64,000 bases of DNA from a virus (IMGVR_UViG_3300017987_000047); one strand, 5' to 3'. Shown: positions 37,037 through 46,711, counted from the stretch's first letter. A program made the numbers and translations. Notes: generated by a model from the sequence alone, not told the origin.

Positions 37037-37499
37037 AATTTACTACCGAAATTTTTACGATAAAGTATGCTACAGCGAAAGGGATTATACTTGGAGTTAT
37101 GTTATAAGCGGGGAAAGAAAATATAGAACAAGAGCCCTGGATATTGAAATAACTCCTTGGGAGATGATCCATTTTGGGAAGTGGGTAACTGTAGCTTCCG
37201 GGTTTACTTCAGACGAAGTAGTCCCTCGGGAGGACACTCCCTTTACCTGGGTAAAAAGAAAAACAACGCTGACCCAAATTAAAAACTTCTCTTGGTTTGC
37301 AAAATGGGGGGCTAAGATTGCTTTCCTTTTTAAGAGAAAGAAATATCGGGAAATTTGTGCCTCTCAAATGAATGATCTTCGGAGGGGTTTAACGGCAAAC
37401 GAAAATTTCGTGAGGTTGTTTTCAAAAGCATGCCTTACTAAATCTGCCACACAGCATAAAATTGCGGTGGAGTCGAAATTAAATGTTATCGAATATTGA
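37029..37499 (+). CDS. hypothetical protein
   Basis: 156 aa. Confidence 0.45.
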   Translation: MGKIYYRNFYDKVCYSERDYTWSYVISGERKYRTRALDIEITPWEMIHFGKWVTVASGFTSDEVVPREDTPFTWVKRKTTLTQIKNFSWFAKWGAKIAFLFKRKKYREICASQMNDLRRGLTANENFVRLFSKACLTKSATQHKIAVESKLNVIEY

Positions 37500-37869
37500 A
37501 ATCTACCGATACCGATACGGGCTATACGAACAATACGACTTTAAGAGGCAACTCACTTTAAGCGAGCAGCTTGGTTTTATCTTATCTTGGTCGTTTTATA
37601 ACGAAGCAATTCTTTTCTGCCGAGTACTCTCGATCGACATTACAACATGTGTGGTGAAGCTGCTTCCTTATAAATATCACTACGATAAGGAAGAGGGGGA
37701 AATTATAAAAAGATGTGACCAAATACGAGTTTATGGATGGAAATATATTGCTGAAGGTTGGAAAAGAAATCAACAGGATAAACCCATTATTCGTCTTGAG
37801 GAGTTTTTAACCTCTCCAAGCAGAAGACAGCGGGTTTTGGCAAAAGCAATTTCGAAGAGTTTGAAGTAA
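37483..37869 (+). CDS. LTH-tail family protein (FLTSPSRRQRVLAKAISKSLK)
   Basis: 128 aa. Confidence 0.5.
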   Translation: MLSNIEIYRYRYGLYEQYDFKRQLTLSEQLGFILSWSFYNEAILFCRVLSIDITTCVVKLLPYKYHYDKEEGEIIKRCDQIRVYGWKYIAEGWKRNQQDKPIIRLEEFLTSPSRRQRVLAKAISKSLK

Positions 37870-37900
37870 GTTTTTTTGACTTAAAAGTTTAAAGGCACAG

Positions 37901-37929
37901 AAAAAGGGAGCAGTGATGCTCCCTTTTTC
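37901..37929. terminator. bidirectional rho-independent terminator
   Basis: AAAAA-GGGAGCA-gtgat-TGCTCCC-TTTTT. Confidence 0.65.
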
Positions 37930-37952
37930 CGTAGCGGCGTTGTGAGGCTCGT

Positions 37953-38285
37953 CTAGAGCTTGGCGTCGACCTTCGCCGTCTCGAACAGCCAAGCGATGTT
38001 TTCGACCGCCCACGCCTTGCGGACGTACCACCGGCGGTTGCGCATGTACGCACCGGCGGCGTTGATGTCGTCCTCGGAGACGGGCTTGTGCGCGATCTCG
38101 CGCTCGCCGTTGTTGGTCCGCAGGGCCTTCCGGAGCTTGAAGCTCGCGGTGAACCCGGGGTCCGGGGACTGGGCGGAGGGGTCGAAATCGATCGACTTCT
38201 GCTCCTTGAGGCCCTTGAGAACCTCCATGAGCTTCATCGTCTCCTTCTCCCCGAACACCTTCTCGATCACAGTTTGCTTCGGCAT
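37953..38285 (-). CDS. hypothetical protein encoded by a ~65% GC gene (compositionally foreign)
   Basis: 110 aa MPKQTVIEKVFGEKETMKLMEV...; strong G/C third-position bias unlike all neighbours. Confidence 0.55.
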   Translation of the reverse strand: MPKQTVIEKVFGEKETMKLMEVLKGLKEQKSIDFDPSAQSPDPGFTASFKLRKALRTNNGEREIAHKPVSEDDINAAGAYMRNRRWYVRKAWAVENIAWLFETAKVDAKL

Positions 38286-38552
38286 GGCTCAACTCCTTGC
38301 AGGGATTGCCGAACAGAACAGTGGGGAAACTAACGCCCAGCCCAACTAGGGTGGGCGCCTAACCCCTTTGGTATTGGGTATATTGCTGAAACCAAAAGAG
38401 CCACGTATGAATTTATTTTTTAACGTAGCGTTTTTGGGATCACCTTTAACCCCTAATGCTAACCTATATATGATTGTATTCCGGCGTAAAACCGGTGTAA
38501 ATATTTTTTTTGGTTTGTATTTTGGGGTTCAGCTCTATAGTTTCAATAGAAA

Positions 38553-38572
38553 GCCCCCTATTATTAGGGGGC
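38553..38572. repeat. GCCCCCTA-ttat-TAGGGGGC hairpin
   Basis: Perfect 8-bp stem; related GGGCCCC..GGGGGCC hairpin at 38634..38654 and 9065..9082. Confidence 0.45.
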
Positions 38573-38633
38573 CAATTTGAAATTAGGCTACTTCCTTTTG
38601 TTTGCCCTTTTGTAGCTTTAATAAAATAATAAA

Positions 38634-38654
38634 GGGCCCCATTAATAGGGGGCC
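38634..38654. repeat. GGGCCCC-attaata-GGGGGCC hairpin
   Basis: Same GGCCCC/GGGGCC stem family. Confidence 0.45.
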
Positions 38655-38827
38655 TATGTTCCCAAAGGTAAATTAAAAACAATTAGCCAAAAATTCTCTA
38701 AGGAACCTACGAGGATCCTTATGAAATCTTTATATAAACCTTAGCAGGTTGCCCATTGGGGGTTCTGCTTTTTGGTGCTTGATTGCGCCACATCTTGGGC
38801 TAGGAATAGCCCGTCAGACAAGGAGAC

Positions 38828-39328
38828 ATGGAAATGTCGTCACTTATCTCTCCCCACGCCCGCGCAGTTTTCACGGCACTTGCCACTCAGATGTCGAATA
38901 CCGCAGACATCTCAAACGAGAAGATTGCCGAAGTCAATACTTTGCTTCGGAAGTCAGGGTACCCTGAGACCTTCATGGAACCCAACCCAATCTTCCTTTA
39001 CAAGGACAAGGACGATACTTGCGCAATCTTCCTCGTAGTGCAGAGTAAGGAACTAAAAACCGTCCCGGCGGTGATGTCCAAGTTTGATCAGAGATGGATC
39101 TATAATTGGGGGGCTATCTCCAGCTTGACTGGACAATGTCGGGGAATTCGCCTTGCAGCAGCACAAGTGCTTGAACACTTACTTGATACGGTGGCAGTCA
39201 AAGCCCGAGACTGGTTCGAGCAATCTTTCAACTTTGACTTGTCGGCACTAGATAATGAAATCTCCCAAATCTCGGACTATGAGAAACAGATAGCACAACA
39301 GCTCTCGGAAAACTCCAGCAAAGACTAG
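38828..39328 (+). CDS. hypothetical protein
   Basis: 166 aa; AGGAGA RBS. Confidence 0.5.
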   Translation: MEMSSLISPHARAVFTALATQMSNTADISNEKIAEVNTLLRKSGYPETFMEPNPIFLYKDKDDTCAIFLVVQSKELKTVPAVMSKFDQRWIYNWGAISSLTGQCRGIRLAAAQVLEHLLDTVAVKARDWFEQSFNFDLSALDNEISQISDYEKQIAQQLSENSSKD

Positions 39329-39356
39329 GAAAACTGGGGATTAAAATAAAACTGAG

Positions 39357-39389
39357 AAAAGGAGGGTTACACAGCCCTCCTTTTCTTTT
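39357..39389 (+). terminator. rho-independent terminator
   Basis: GGAGGG-ttacaca-GCCCTCC-TTTTCTTTT. Confidence 0.6.
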
Positions 39390-39476
39390 GGTTTTAAAAC
39401 CCCAGGTCAAACGTAGGTCCAAAAGAAAACGCCATATATTTAAAATGTCCAGAACCCCCTTTTAATTTCCGGAGGA

Positions 39477-39899
39477 TTGAAAGCAATGAAAATTTTAAAG
39501 GAAAGCGAAACCAAAACTTTCACGGAGTTTTCCCTTTTCTTTGTCTGGGAGGACGACCCGAATGCGGGGTTCAGTTTCCCTTGCGATGAAGACGGCAATC
39601 TTCTCGATGATGGTATGTCAGAATTAGGGAAAGAAAATTTTCGGAAATGCCAGGATGGGACTTTCGATGTTCGGTCTGAGGGCATCCAAAAAAGAGAGGA
39701 TACCTACCAGGAACCCGCTATTGGAGAATGTGCTTGTGGAGAAAAGATTGTTTTGGGATCGTTCACAAATACGTGTGAGCGGTGTGGCCGCGATTATAAC
39801 TGGAGCGGGCAAGAGCTAGCACCCCGTTGCCAGTGGGGGGAAGAGACTGGGGAAACCGCAACCGACATTTTAATGGGCGGCAATCCTTTTTCAGAGTAA
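39477..39899 (+). CDS. hypothetical zinc-ribbon protein
   Basis: CACGEK...CERCGRDYNW. Confidence 0.45.
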   Translation: MKAMKILKESETKTFTEFSLFFVWEDDPNAGFSFPCDEDGNLLDDGMSELGKENFRKCQDGTFDVRSEGIQKREDTYQEPAIGECACGEKIVLGSFTNTCERCGRDYNWSGQELAPRCQWGEETGETATDILMGGNPFSE

Positions 39900-39906
39900 T
39901 AATAGT

Positions 39907-40206
39907 ATGAAAATCTGGCTTGACGATATAAGACCAATGCCGGAAGGGTATGATATTCATGCCTATACGGCAGCTGAAGCGATTAAGCTTTTAGAGTCCG
40001 GCAAAGTAACAAGGATTAGCCTTGATCATGATCTAGCAGACCCTATCCGGGATGGGTATGAGGTGGCTTGTTGGATCGAAGCTCATGCCTACGATGGCAC
40101 TCTTCCAAAACTCAAATGGAGCCTTCATTCTGCTAACCCTGTTGGGGTTTCGCGAATGAAGGCAGCTCTAGAACAAGCTAACAAATGGTGGAAAAAGAAT
40201 GGCTAA
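39907..40206 (+). CDS. hypothetical protein
   Basis: 99 aa. Confidence 0.45.
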   Translation: MKIWLDDIRPMPEGYDIHAYTAAEAIKLLESGKVTRISLDHDLADPIRDGYEVACWIEAHAYDGTLPKLKWSLHSANPVGVSRMKAALEQANKWWKKNG

Positions 40207-40429
40207 AACACACCGCTTGTCCTTTGAAGGAAGTCTGAAAGAGGTCTCTACCATACTGGAGGGGCTGCACGAGCTCATCTGCTCAACTACGGAAGCTAAA
40301 GTAGATGTTGTTGCAGGAAACAAAGGCACTTGGAAAGGAAAAGAAGCGGAAAAATTCTGGCTTGATTCGCATCTCAGGTACTTAGAGAAGATTAAGAAAA
40401 GTATTCGGGTAGAGGTTATCGATGATTAA
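40199..40429 (+). CDS. hypothetical protein
   Basis: 76 aa. Confidence 0.4.
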   Translation: MAKTHRLSFEGSLKEVSTILEGLHELICSTTEAKVDVVAGNKGTWKGKEAEKFWLDSHLRYLEKIKKSIRVEVIDD

Positions 40430-40727
40430 AGCCTTACTAACCCGACCGGAGCCTTCATTACGAATGTTGGCGAAAGATCTTTTAAAACGTGAGATCGATA
40501 ATTTTTGTGAAATTATTTGTCTTCAGGATGAGGGCTTTAACGCCTGGTCTTTCACCCTTCTTCATATTACAGAATCATGGTGCATGGCTAAAATTTCCTA
40601 TTCTCCTCGGAAAAATAGACCCTTCTATTTTCGATTTGAAAATACAAATCTATTCTTCGAAGATTCAGAAAGTCTTTCACAAATAATACGCCTTTGGGCA
40701 AGGAATCCGGATTCTTTTGATGTATAG
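40422..40727 (+). CDS. LTH-motif family protein, motif N-terminal (MIKALLTRPEPSLRMLAKDLL)
   Basis: 101 aa. Confidence 0.5.
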   Translation: MIKALLTRPEPSLRMLAKDLLKREIDNFCEIICLQDEGFNAWSFTLLHITESWCMAKISYSPRKNRPFYFRFENTNLFFEDSESLSQIIRLWARNPDSFDV

Positions 40728-41127
40728 AATAGTAATCTCTACCTACAATTTCACCTTTTGTAAGGAACTTAAATCTTTCCCAAAACGGGAAAATATTGTT
40801 TCTGCCTTATTAGGGTTGGCCGACGCCGCTTATACGGACTTATACAAAGGCAACCTGCTAGAGATTAAAATTGATTTTAAGAGAAAAGAGTTTAATCTTA
40901 TTGATAATGAAAAAGAGGGAGACCAGTTTAATATGCAACACTATTGGGAAATAGTTGAGAAGGGAAAGAAGGTTCCCGTACTGGCGCCAATTCTGAATTC
41001 GATCCGAAAACAGTTTCAAATGCTTCCCTTGAAAGCTTATTTCACACATAGTGCCCCCCTCTTTCGAATGATCGCAAAGGCAGACCTTAATTCTGATTTC
41101 ATTTGCGCAAAATCTAATGATTCTTAA
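40717..41127 (+). CDS. LTH-tail family protein (YFTHSAPLFRMIAKADLNSD)
   Basis: 136 aa. Confidence 0.5.
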   Translation: MMYRIVISTYNFTFCKELKSFPKRENIVSALLGLADAAYTDLYKGNLLEIKIDFKRKEFNLIDNEKEGDQFNMQHYWEIVEKGKKVPVLAPILNSIRKQFQMLPLKAYFTHSAPLFRMIAKADLNSDFICAKSNDS

Positions 41128-41458
41128 TCTAAAACAGGCACTAACAAATAGAAGTCTGCTGGTACGCCAGGCGGCAAAAAAGCTGAGTATGCTGTGCCCA
41201 GAAAAGCCTATTGCTTTCTATATACATTATCCTTCTCTTGAAATCGCGTTAAAAGAAGATAAGCATCGTTTCTTTTGTATTAAGAAAATGGATTCATCGT
41301 TTTACGACGTAATGGAAGTAAGAATGATTATTTATTGGGGATATGGAGCAGCGGGGCTTCCAGAACAAGGTAAATTCTTCTCAAGGGGCTGCAAAGATTT
41401 AACCGAACTTCTTTCTTTATTAGAAAAGTGGTATTATAAAGAAGGGAACTTTGCTTAA
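41117..41458 (+). CDS. LTH-motif family protein, motif N-terminal (ALTNRSLLVRQAAKKLSML)
   Basis: 113 aa. Confidence 0.5.
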   Translation: MILNLKQALTNRSLLVRQAAKKLSMLCPEKPIAFYIHYPSLEIALKEDKHRFFCIKKMDSSFYDVMEVRMIIYWGYGAAGLPEQGKFFSRGCKDLTELLSLLEKWYYKEGNFA

Positions 41459-41463
41459 ATTTT

Positions 41464-41781
41464 ATGAAAATAACTGTATTCAAACCTTTAGTTGTGCGCT
41501 CCGATGATTATATTGTTTTTGTAGAATACGCAGAAGGGTGGCCCGATTTATTTTTCCTAAAAAAAGGGAAGGTCCTCCACGATATACGGGATTACACTAT
41601 GTATCATGATATTATGTATCGCCCAAACGAAGTGCTTGGCGTAAAATATGCAGAAAGCTTTTTTCCTACAAACGGAACAAATTGTAGTGTTATCCCTGCG
41701 GAAGTATTATTAACTGAGAAAAAAGCAAGCTATCGAACATTTATGAAAAATCTTCTAGAATATAGCAAGGAAAGAAAATGA
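41464..41781 (+). CDS. LTH-tail family protein, degenerate (LLTEKKASYRTFMKNLLEYS)
   Basis: 105 aa. Confidence 0.4.
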   Translation: MKITVFKPLVVRSDDYIVFVEYAEGWPDLFFLKKGKVLHDIRDYTMYHDIMYRPNEVLGVKYAESFFPTNGTNCSVIPAEVLLTEKKASYRTFMKNLLEYSKERK

Positions 41782-41948
41782 AAGTTTCAATATCTTTATT
41801 TGAATTAGAACAAGCTATTCGAGAATACGTGAGAAAGAAAGGGATCCAAGTCGACGACAATGCAAAGGTCGAAATGGAATATACTAAAGATTATGATGAA
41901 ACTTATTTAGAAGGAGCTTCTATCCAAATTAAAGAGAAGCAAACTTAA
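41778..41948 (+). CDS. small hypothetical protein (56 aa)
   Basis: ATGA overlap with upstream stop; MKVSISLFELEQAIREYVRKKGIQ... Confidence 0.35.
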   Translation: MKVSISLFELEQAIREYVRKKGIQVDDNAKVEMEYTKDYDETYLEGASIQIKEKQT

Positions 41949-41951
41949 ATT

Positions 41952-42299
41952 ATGAATTTTTATCACACAACTGTGGACGGGCTACATTCCCGCTATAGCA
42001 TAATCCTTACTTCGTTACCGACAGTAAACGAGCTACTTCTCTGGGCAGCTGAAATCCTTATCGAGAAGGAAGATATCGGCAGAGTTTCTGGTAAGGCCGC
42101 ACTACATAATAATAAAGTATTTAGTAGAAAAGATTCTATTTCGATAAGTTTTTCAACTGAAAGAAACCGACTTTTCAATTTTCACGCGGCATCTTCAAAA
42201 ATTGACTTAGAGGATGTGAAAACTTTGGAGTCCTACCTAACTCACGCGGAACCTGTGATACGGCGGCTTGCAAAACAGAGGATGGAAATCCCTGAATGA
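41952..42299 (+). CDS. LTH-tail family protein (YLTHAEPVIRRLAKQRMEIPE)
   Basis: 115 aa. Confidence 0.55.
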   Translation: MNFYHTTVDGLHSRYSIILTSLPTVNELLLWAAEILIEKEDIGRVSGKAALHNNKVFSRKDSISISFSTERNRLFNFHAASSKIDLEDVKTLESYLTHAEPVIRRLAKQRMEIPE

Positions 42300-42342
42300 A
42301 ATGCTTCGTCGCCTTGTTTGAAACCAGTAGGAGCACGGCAAG

Positions 42343-42861
42343 ATGAAATTCCTTAACCTCGGCGTTGTTGATGGGGCGAGACTTTCATGCTCAAGAACTC
42401 CAATTCGCCACGACAACTCATCCCTTGTTTTTGCCCTAGTCTTAAAAGAAATTGAGTCTACCCTTAAAAGGTTAAAAATCGAAATAGATTACCCCTATGA
42501 TATTATTCGATTAGAAACCTCAACTTTCAAGGCCTTCAAATTCAAATTAAAGGAGTTAAGAGCTTCTTGGATGTGGGAACGGTCTTCCTTAGGAAATTTT
42601 CTTCGTACTATTCGAGGTTTCCTTCTAGACTTTAGGGATCAATGTTTTCAAATGGATCTTAATGAGGAGGATATGGAGAATGAGGAATTTATTTTCCTCC
42701 AAGCAAGAGAAAAAGAACTGTCTAAAAATAACTATCTTTATTTTTTCTTTTGGCACGTAGACGAGCAAGGGGAAGAAGAAGGAAAGCTTGAAACCTTCTT
42801 GACCGCCAGCCATAAGGAGGTTCGGGATTTGGCCGTGACGTTTCTCAGGAAGAAAAAATGA
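42343..42861 (+). CDS. LTH-tail family protein (FLTASHKEVRDLAVTFLRKKK)
   Basis: 172 aa. Confidence 0.55.
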   Translation: MKFLNLGVVDGARLSCSRTPIRHDNSSLVFALVLKEIESTLKRLKIEIDYPYDIIRLETSTFKAFKFKLKELRASWMWERSSLGNFLRTIRGFLLDFRDQCFQMDLNEEDMENEEFIFLQAREKELSKNNYLYFFFWHVDEQGEEEGKLETFLTASHKEVRDLAVTFLRKKK

Positions 42862-43160
42862 AAATAACCAATAAAGTTTTTCAGATAGAACGTCATCTCT
42901 ATTGGGTCTTAAGTACTAATGAAATCCTTGCCATCTGCCTACCAGAGAAGTTGAAGTTTCAGTATCCGCCGCACCTCGTTAAATCAAACCACCCCAATTG
43001 GTATGTTCTAATTGAAAGATTCAGTAGACAGATAGAGGGGCATCCAAAAAAAGATAGCGAATTTGAAGTTAAGGAGCTCCCGCTCCATAACCTTTTAACT
43101 GTCGACGATCCACGGGTTCGCGCTTTAGCGAAAAAGGAGCTTCAAAAACTCAAACGTTAA
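42858..43160 (+). CDS. LTH-tail family protein (LLTVDDPRVRALAKKELQKLKR)
   Basis: 100 aa. Confidence 0.55.
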   Translation: MKITNKVFQIERHLYWVLSTNEILAICLPEKLKFQYPPHLVKSNHPNWYVLIERFSRQIEGHPKKDSEFEVKELPLHNLLTVDDPRVRALAKKELQKLKR

Positions 43161-43173
43161 ACTTGGGGATACA

Positions 43174-43200
43174 ATTATATTTTAAATATAGGAAGGTACC
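43174..43200 (+). promoter_or_regulatory. promoter-like motif ATTATATTTTAAATATAGGAAGGTACC
   Basis: Matches 26107..26129; preceded by GGGGATAC. Confidence 0.4.
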
Positions 43201-43245
43201 ATTTAAGGGGTGCCAACGCGGAAACCCCAACGAAAGGCATTTGAA

Positions 43246-43524
43246 ATGAGCTCCCGAAAATACTCCATGTTCCGCGCTTGGAAAATCCGCCGGAAACTGA
43301 AGAAGCTCGCGAAACTTCTCGCCGATCTCTCTCAAACCAAAACAAAAGATTTTGTTGAGGAATGGGCGATGTATGACACGTTCCTCGACTTCATGGAGAA
43401 TCATCTCCTTGATGACCTGCCTGCCTATGACCGTGCTGCACACTTCATTGCAGCATTACGGTCGTACGTGCAAGAGCGGAGGGAAGATAACGAGGCAGAG
43501 CTCCAGCACCGCGATCCCCGTTAA
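43246..43524 (+). CDS. hypothetical protein
   Basis: ATG 43246. Confidence 0.45.
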   Translation: MSSRKYSMFRAWKIRRKLKKLAKLLADLSQTKTKDFVEEWAMYDTFLDFMENHLLDDLPAYDRAAHFIAALRSYVQERREDNEAELQHRDPR

Positions 43525-43576
43525 AACCCCTTTCCAAAAAACCAAACTAAGTTTGCTTAAACCCAAGGAGAATACC

Positions 43577-43768
43577 ATGAGCCGTATGGTTGATTTCCGG
43601 TGCCCCCTCTGCAACCAACTTCTTCAAGGGAAAGAACAGGTTGCGCTTTTGGATGAAGAGCCGCCCAAGAAAATTCTTTGCACAAATCCGGACTGTGGGT
43701 GTGAAGCACACCTAGAACACGAGGATGACGTGTATACGGGTCGTATCTACTTCTACAACGTGGGGTAG
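43577..43768 (+). CDS. zinc-ribbon small protein (63 aa)
   Basis: AAGGAG RBS; CPLC...CTNPDCGC. Confidence 0.5.
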   Translation: MSRMVDFRCPLCNQLLQGKEQVALLDEEPPKKILCTNPDCGCEAHLEHEDDVYTGRIYFYNVG

Positions 43769-43795
43769 TCCTGCGGCCAAACAGGGTAAGCTAGA

Positions 43796-43825
43796 AAAAG
43801 GGAGCATCGGCTCCCTTTTTCTTTT
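43796..43825 (+). terminator. rho-independent terminator
   Basis: AAAAA-GGGAGC-atcg-GCTCCC-TTTTTCTTTTC. Confidence 0.65.
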
Positions 43826-43937
43826 CTTTCATCTTTTAAGGTCGAAGTTTCTTTCGTATTACTTTTGTGCTTCTTTATATATAAACCGTAGGGCAAGTCT
43901 GCTTTTAAATACGCGAAAAAACAGGGAAACGATTTCA

Positions 43938-44333
43938 ATGCTTTGTTTTTATAGAGGAAAATTTCAACCTTCGAGTCCTGGGGGATACTATTATAGCAGC
44001 GAAATAGATTTATGCCGAAAACCAACCTCACATGAACGGGCGGCACTAGCTTTAGAGTTATTATTAGAGAAAATAGAAAAATGGAACCTTGAATTTATCG
44101 AGCTCCATTGCTTTTTAACGAAAAAAGGTTGTCTTATTAAGGGGACTACAAACCCAGACAACTACAGGGTGCCAAATGGTTTCCGTTTAACCCTGGAAAG
44201 AAAAATTTCAAAAAAAAGAAACTTAAAATTAGACTTGAAAACCCCGCCCGACCTAAAAACCTTCCTCACACACGAGTTGCCTGTAATTCGAAAATGTGCG
44301 AAAGCAGTTATCCAAAATGATGGGGAGGTTTGA
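43938..44333 (+). CDS. LTH-tail family protein (FLTHELPVIRKCAKAVIQNDGEV)
   Basis: ATG 43938 preferred; track start 43725 would span the terminator. Confidence 0.5.
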   Translation: MLCFYRGKFQPSSPGGYYYSSEIDLCRKPTSHERAALALELLLEKIEKWNLEFIELHCFLTKKGCLIKGTTNPDNYRVPNGFRLTLERKISKKRNLKLDLKTPPDLKTFLTHELPVIRKCAKAVIQNDGEV

Positions 44334-44368
44334 CCTCCCTTGGTCTGCAGTTTGCTTAAGGATTAAAG

Positions 44369-45277
44369 ATGGAACTAAATTTAACGTTTGAGCTTAAAGA
44401 CGCCCATATAGTAGAGGCAATTCGGATAGAAGAAAATAGGCTAGGCCCTAAAAAGATAAAATTCTGGGCATCCCCGTGCCTTGCAAAACTTTCGTTAACA
44501 TCCGACGGTAATATAAAAGCAGGAATTCCAATCATCTACCAAGTTAATCGGGCATATTACCGGGCTGCTACTCTTGAAACCTTTTTTCTATTGCCGGAAC
44601 AAGAAGATTCCCGCCTAGACAGCATCCGTCTTCGGGGGGTAAGAAAAACAAAAAGGGTAGAGGCTTTTCTTACTTCAAAAGACCGAGAGTTAGCTACACT
44701 TGTTAAACAAATATCTAGTAACGAAATTCAGCCCAAAACGGCAACACCCGATCCTTCTAAATATTTTAGGTCGGTGGGTCAAATGGCAGCAGAGCTTAAG
44801 AGCCATATAGATCAAGCTTTTATTGTTGCTTCAGCGGAAACAGAAGCCTGGGGGGAATTTGAAATGCAGCTTGCGTGGGAACTACCATCTATTAAGCTCG
44901 GGATGCAGTTCCGCCTCCCGCTAGACCCGATAAAAGAATCAGTAAAGCTTGTGAAAACTGCAAATAGGGCCTTCAAAGACCTCTTAAAAGATTTGAAACC
45001 GGTAGCAGACAAGGTAGAGACTTATTTAGATTTAGAGATGCTGCCAGACGAAGAAGAAACAAGTTTTCTAATTTCAATTGTTCCAAAAGGGCTCAACTGG
45101 TACGCTGTTATCAGAAAGCCCAGTTGGAATGAAGTTCTGGTGCGATATAGAAAAGCTCTCCCCGTGATTATTGAAGTTTGTTCACGAAAAAAACGTGCCA
45201 GCGCCCTGCAGGGAGTAGTTGAATTTAACCTTGACACAAACAATGGGTTGGAAGGTCTTAAGAAACTTATATCATGA
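44369..45277 (+). CDS. hypothetical 302-aa protein; paralog of 62958..63950 and 24538..25578
   Basis: MELNLTFELKDAHIVEAIRIEENRLGPKKIKFW vs MEINIPVSLTEERLIEVLRKREIKAKPRKIKYW; IPIIYQVN shared. Confidence 0.55.
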   Translation: MELNLTFELKDAHIVEAIRIEENRLGPKKIKFWASPCLAKLSLTSDGNIKAGIPIIYQVNRAYYRAATLETFFLLPEQEDSRLDSIRLRGVRKTKRVEAFLTSKDRELATLVKQISSNEIQPKTATPDPSKYFRSVGQMAAELKSHIDQAFIVASAETEAWGEFEMQLAWELPSIKLGMQFRLPLDPIKESVKLVKTANRAFKDLLKDLKPVADKVETYLDLEMLPDEEETSFLISIVPKGLNWYAVIRKPSWNEVLVRYRKALPVIIEVCSRKKRASALQGVVEFNLDTNNGLEGLKKLIS

Positions 45278-45711
45278 TAAAAATTACCGCTAAACAATAT
45301 AATCTTGGGTTGGAGGCTGCTAGTAGAAGCCCAATACAAGAAACAGTGGGGTATTTTTTGATAAAGCGAGAGGAATTCCAATCATATGGAGCCGGGTTTG
45401 TAATCTCCATTCTTGAGGAGACAATCTCCAACTGCTCAGCGACTTTTGAATTAACTTCGATAAACCTATCTGAGATCTATTTAAGTGGTATGCGTTTCGT
45501 CACCCAAATTATAGGAAATTTTATATATGATATGTATGATAACTATAAGCTTCCCACAACAACGTTTTTCATTGTTGAAGGGGAAGAAATCCATTGGAAT
45601 AGATCTCAAAAGCTTGAGCACTTTTTAACCGACGAAGATCCCGATTTAAGGCACACAGCAAAGCAGTTCCAGCAAGCTTTCAAAAATGGACCCCGAGAAA
45701 GGAACGTATGA
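45274..45711 (+). CDS. LTH-tail family protein (FLTDEDPDLRHTAKQFQQAF)
   Basis: 145 aa. Confidence 0.55.
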   Translation: MIKITAKQYNLGLEAASRSPIQETVGYFLIKREEFQSYGAGFVISILEETISNCSATFELTSINLSEIYLSGMRFVTQIIGNFIYDMYDNYKLPTTTFFIVEGEEIHWNRSQKLEHFLTDEDPDLRHTAKQFQQAFKNGPRERNV

Positions 45712-46013
45712 TGGACCTGACCAAACTATACCAACTCATTCGTGACAGGAAGGTAGATGAAGCGTTAGACGTTATCTACGCCCAGATGGACGAGCTTTTC
45801 AAAACAGGAAAATTTAACCAGGTCGACACCATTCTCGAAAATGTGGATTTCGGGCAATTAGATCTTGACACTCAATTAGGGTTTCTCACAGCTACATTGG
45901 CTGCGAAAGAATATCTTAAGAAGCGCGAAGCTTTCTTTCAAAAAGTAAAACGATTTGTTGAAACAACGGAACCCAGAGAGACGCAAAAAGGGCTCTTAGA
46001 TGGTCTAAGGTAG
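45708..46013 (+). CDS. hypothetical protein
   Basis: 101 aa, no tail motif. Confidence 0.45.
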   Translation: MMDLTKLYQLIRDRKVDEALDVIYAQMDELFKTGKFNQVDTILENVDFGQLDLDTQLGFLTATLAAKEYLKKREAFFQKVKRFVETTEPRETQKGLLDGLR

Positions 46014-46020
46014 GAGAGGG

Positions 46021-46329
46021 ATGCTGATGGTGTTTTTCACATCGACAATAGGAACATTATTATTGACCGTAGGGGTTGGAGATGATTATTTCTTCCTATT
46101 CCGGGATACTTCTGAGAAATGGTCTTGGTGTAAATTTCGGTCCCGACCAGATTATCTAACAAAAGAATATTCTTGGGCCGAGGTTCCCCCTGAAGCCTTA
46201 GTAACCCATCGGTTTCGATTAATTCGGAACATAGCAAAGTTAGCAATCCGAAACCCCAAGGTTCTAGAGCAGCATCTTTTATGCGGAGAAGCCTACTCTG
46301 TTATGGGTAAGAATAATGGAAACAATTAA
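46021..46329 (+). CDS. LTH-motif family protein (LVTHRFRLIRNIAKLAIRN, +24 aa)
   Basis: 102 aa. Confidence 0.5.
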   Translation: MLMVFFTSTIGTLLLTVGVGDDYFFLFRDTSEKWSWCKFRSRPDYLTKEYSWAEVPPEALVTHRFRLIRNIAKLAIRNPKVLEQHLLCGEAYSVMGKNNGNN

Positions 46330-46711
46330 ACTATATTTCTTCCGCCGCCGCAAAGTAAAGATCAACAAATCCGGATCTTTTCACGAATCCATTTTTGCGA
46401 TTAAACATGCAAATTGCCCCGAATTGGAACCTTATGGTTTAGACATCCCAACGATAAAAGTTTTCGAGGTGTGGGCTACCTTAAAAGGAGGAAGCCTTGA
46501 GTATGACTATAGTTGGAGAGTGCAAAGGCACTTGCCCAAATCAGTCTATACCGAATGCACCCCCGCCGAAATACTAACAAGCGAATACCCTGAAGCCCGA
46601 AAAATAATCCAATTGTTTCTTAAAGACGAGCATCGTTTCCGCGAAAAACATTTCTTGCCACCAATTCTGCAAATCGACGCCCGGATCAGCTCGAAATGGA
46701 AAAAAGTATGA
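46316..46711 (+). CDS. hypothetical protein with degenerate LTH-like segment (ILTSEYPEARKIIQLFL)
   Basis: 131 aa. Confidence 0.4.
   Translation: METIKLYFFRRRKVKINKSGSFHESIFAIKHANCPELEPYGLDIPTIKVFEVWATLKGGSLEYDYSWRVQRHLPKSVYTECTPAEILTSEYPEARKIIQLFLKDEHRFREKHFLPPILQIDARISSKWKKV

Noticed and set aside
43725-43937. Track start 43725 for the family gene ending at 44333
   Set aside because: That N-terminus would be translated through an intrinsic terminator hairpin (43796..43825) and a promoter-like AT-rich region. The in-frame ATG 43938 is preferred.
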